From Candidatus Multivorans sp. (GTDB lineage: Bacteria; Acidobacteriota; Thermoanaerobaculia; Multivoradales; Multivoraceae), in the NCBI GenBank assembly GCA_965208755.1, contig OZ242353.1, forward strand, positions 1,045,590 through 1,109,589: a stretch of 64,000 bases of DNA. The letters are read 5' to 3'. The notes under the pieces were generated by a model. The model searched no databases and had not been told where the DNA came from. It saw only the letters and a list, made by a program, of their open reading frames with translations. Of the stretch, positions 63,171 through 64,000 are shown piece after piece (within the stretch, counting starts at the first letter, position 1; each line of letters opens with the position of its first letter). The position numbers and the translations under genes are program-made.

Positions 63171-64000
63171 ATGTCGGCGAGCGAGAGACGGCGATGCCCC
63201 CTCGGACCGGTCTTCATGGCCATGTGGCTCGCGGCCCTGGCCGCCGCGCACCCGGCGGCGGGCCAGGACACGGTACCCGGCGTGCCCGGCGCGCCGACGG
63301 GTCTCTCCGCCGATCCCCTGGGCAAGAAAGGCCACGTCACTCTGAACTGGTTCTTCCCGGCGGACGACGGGGGCGCTTCGATCACCGGCTTCCGGATCGA
63401 CGAGTCCGCCGACCAAGGAACGACCTGGAGAGTCGTCGCCGCGAGCGTCGAGCCGGTCTCCGACCCGGTGGACCACGAACTTTCGGGCCTTCCGTACGGC
63501 GCCACGCGTCACTACCGGGTCGCCGCGATCAACGCCGCCGGCGCCGGCCCGCCCAGCGGCACCGCTGCCGCAACGGTGCTGTCGAACAGCCCGCCGACAC
63601 TGCCTCTGCCCAACCCCCCTCTCGAGTTCGAGGTGGCCGAGAATCTCCCGGCGGGCACGCGCGTCGTTCGTCTGCGCCCGCACGATCCGGACGAGGACGA
63701 GGTCGGCTTGCGCCTGTCGGGCGCGGACGCCGGTCTCTTCGAGGCGCTCGTCGACGACGGAAAGCACCTTATCCGGACCCGCCGCCCTCTGGACCACGAA
63801 AGCAGGGACCGGGCGTACGAGTTCATCGTGACTCTCGACGACGGCGACGGCGGCGCCTCAAACCATGCGTTCGCCGTCAGGGTGACGGACGTGAACGAGC
63901 CGCCGCTGGCGCCCGCGGATCTCCGTTTGACGCCGAGCCGGACCGACCCCTCATCCCTCCAGGCGTCCTGGAGCGCCCCGGACGACTCCGGCCGGCCGGC
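63171..64000 (+). CDS. Secreted Fn3/cadherin protein (3' end outside window)
   Basis: GGAGG RBS and ATG; signal peptide nearly identical to the 59494 gene; Fn3 and cadherin domains similar to the 56216 gene; no stop seen before the window end. Confidence 0.9.
   Translation, partial: MSASERRRCPLGPVFMAMWLAALAAAHPAAGQDTVPGVPGAPTGLSADPLGKKGHVTLNWFFPADDGGASITGFRIDESADQGTTWRVVAASVEPVSDPVDHELSGLPYGATRHYRVAAINAAGAGPPSGTAAATVLSNSPPTLPLPNPPLEFEVAENLPAGTRVVRLRPHDPDEDEVGLRLSGADAGLFEALVDDGKHLIRTRRPLDHESRDRAYEFIVTLDDGDGGASNHAFAVRVTDVNEPPLAPADLRLTPSRTDPSSLQASWSAPDDSGRP

Overview
High-GC bacterial window; an Acidobacteriota/Thermoanaerobaculia-like, possibly marine host-associated origin is inferred from domain style only. 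It is dominated by an array of 14 large secreted-protein genes plus one remnant. Thirteen end in the same ~210-aa C-terminal module: a Gly/Pro-rich linker, a Cys-capped PKD-like domain and an unnamed 'LCL.DSRY.V...FF...NWE.L.KVLDGC..NG..WV...D..AF..C' domain; the 14th runs off the window. The N-terminal passengers differ: CxxCH-bearing unknown domains, four lysyl-endopeptidase-like S1 proteases, two kexin-like S8 proteases (one with a spondin domain) and Fn3/cadherin/Calx-beta/SwmB adhesin-like stalks. A 16-bp imperfect palindrome (CCCnCARnnYTGYAGG) lies 23-25 bp before a -10-like hexamer upstream of nearly every transcription unit, and upstream of an embedded LuxR-type HTH regulator. This suggests a dedicated, auto-regulated regulon with several leaderless mRNAs; two of the boxes are abutted by C22 and C18 homopolymers. 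The window also holds a candidate free-standing propeptide/chaperone, a two-copy IS4 composite transposon with a 9-bp target duplication splitting the first array gene, and housekeeping-type genes (acyl-CoA dehydrogenase, DUF4399, DUF3604-like hydrolase, AAA_28 ATPase, nitronate monooxygenase). Family assignments are by motif recognition, not by database search.
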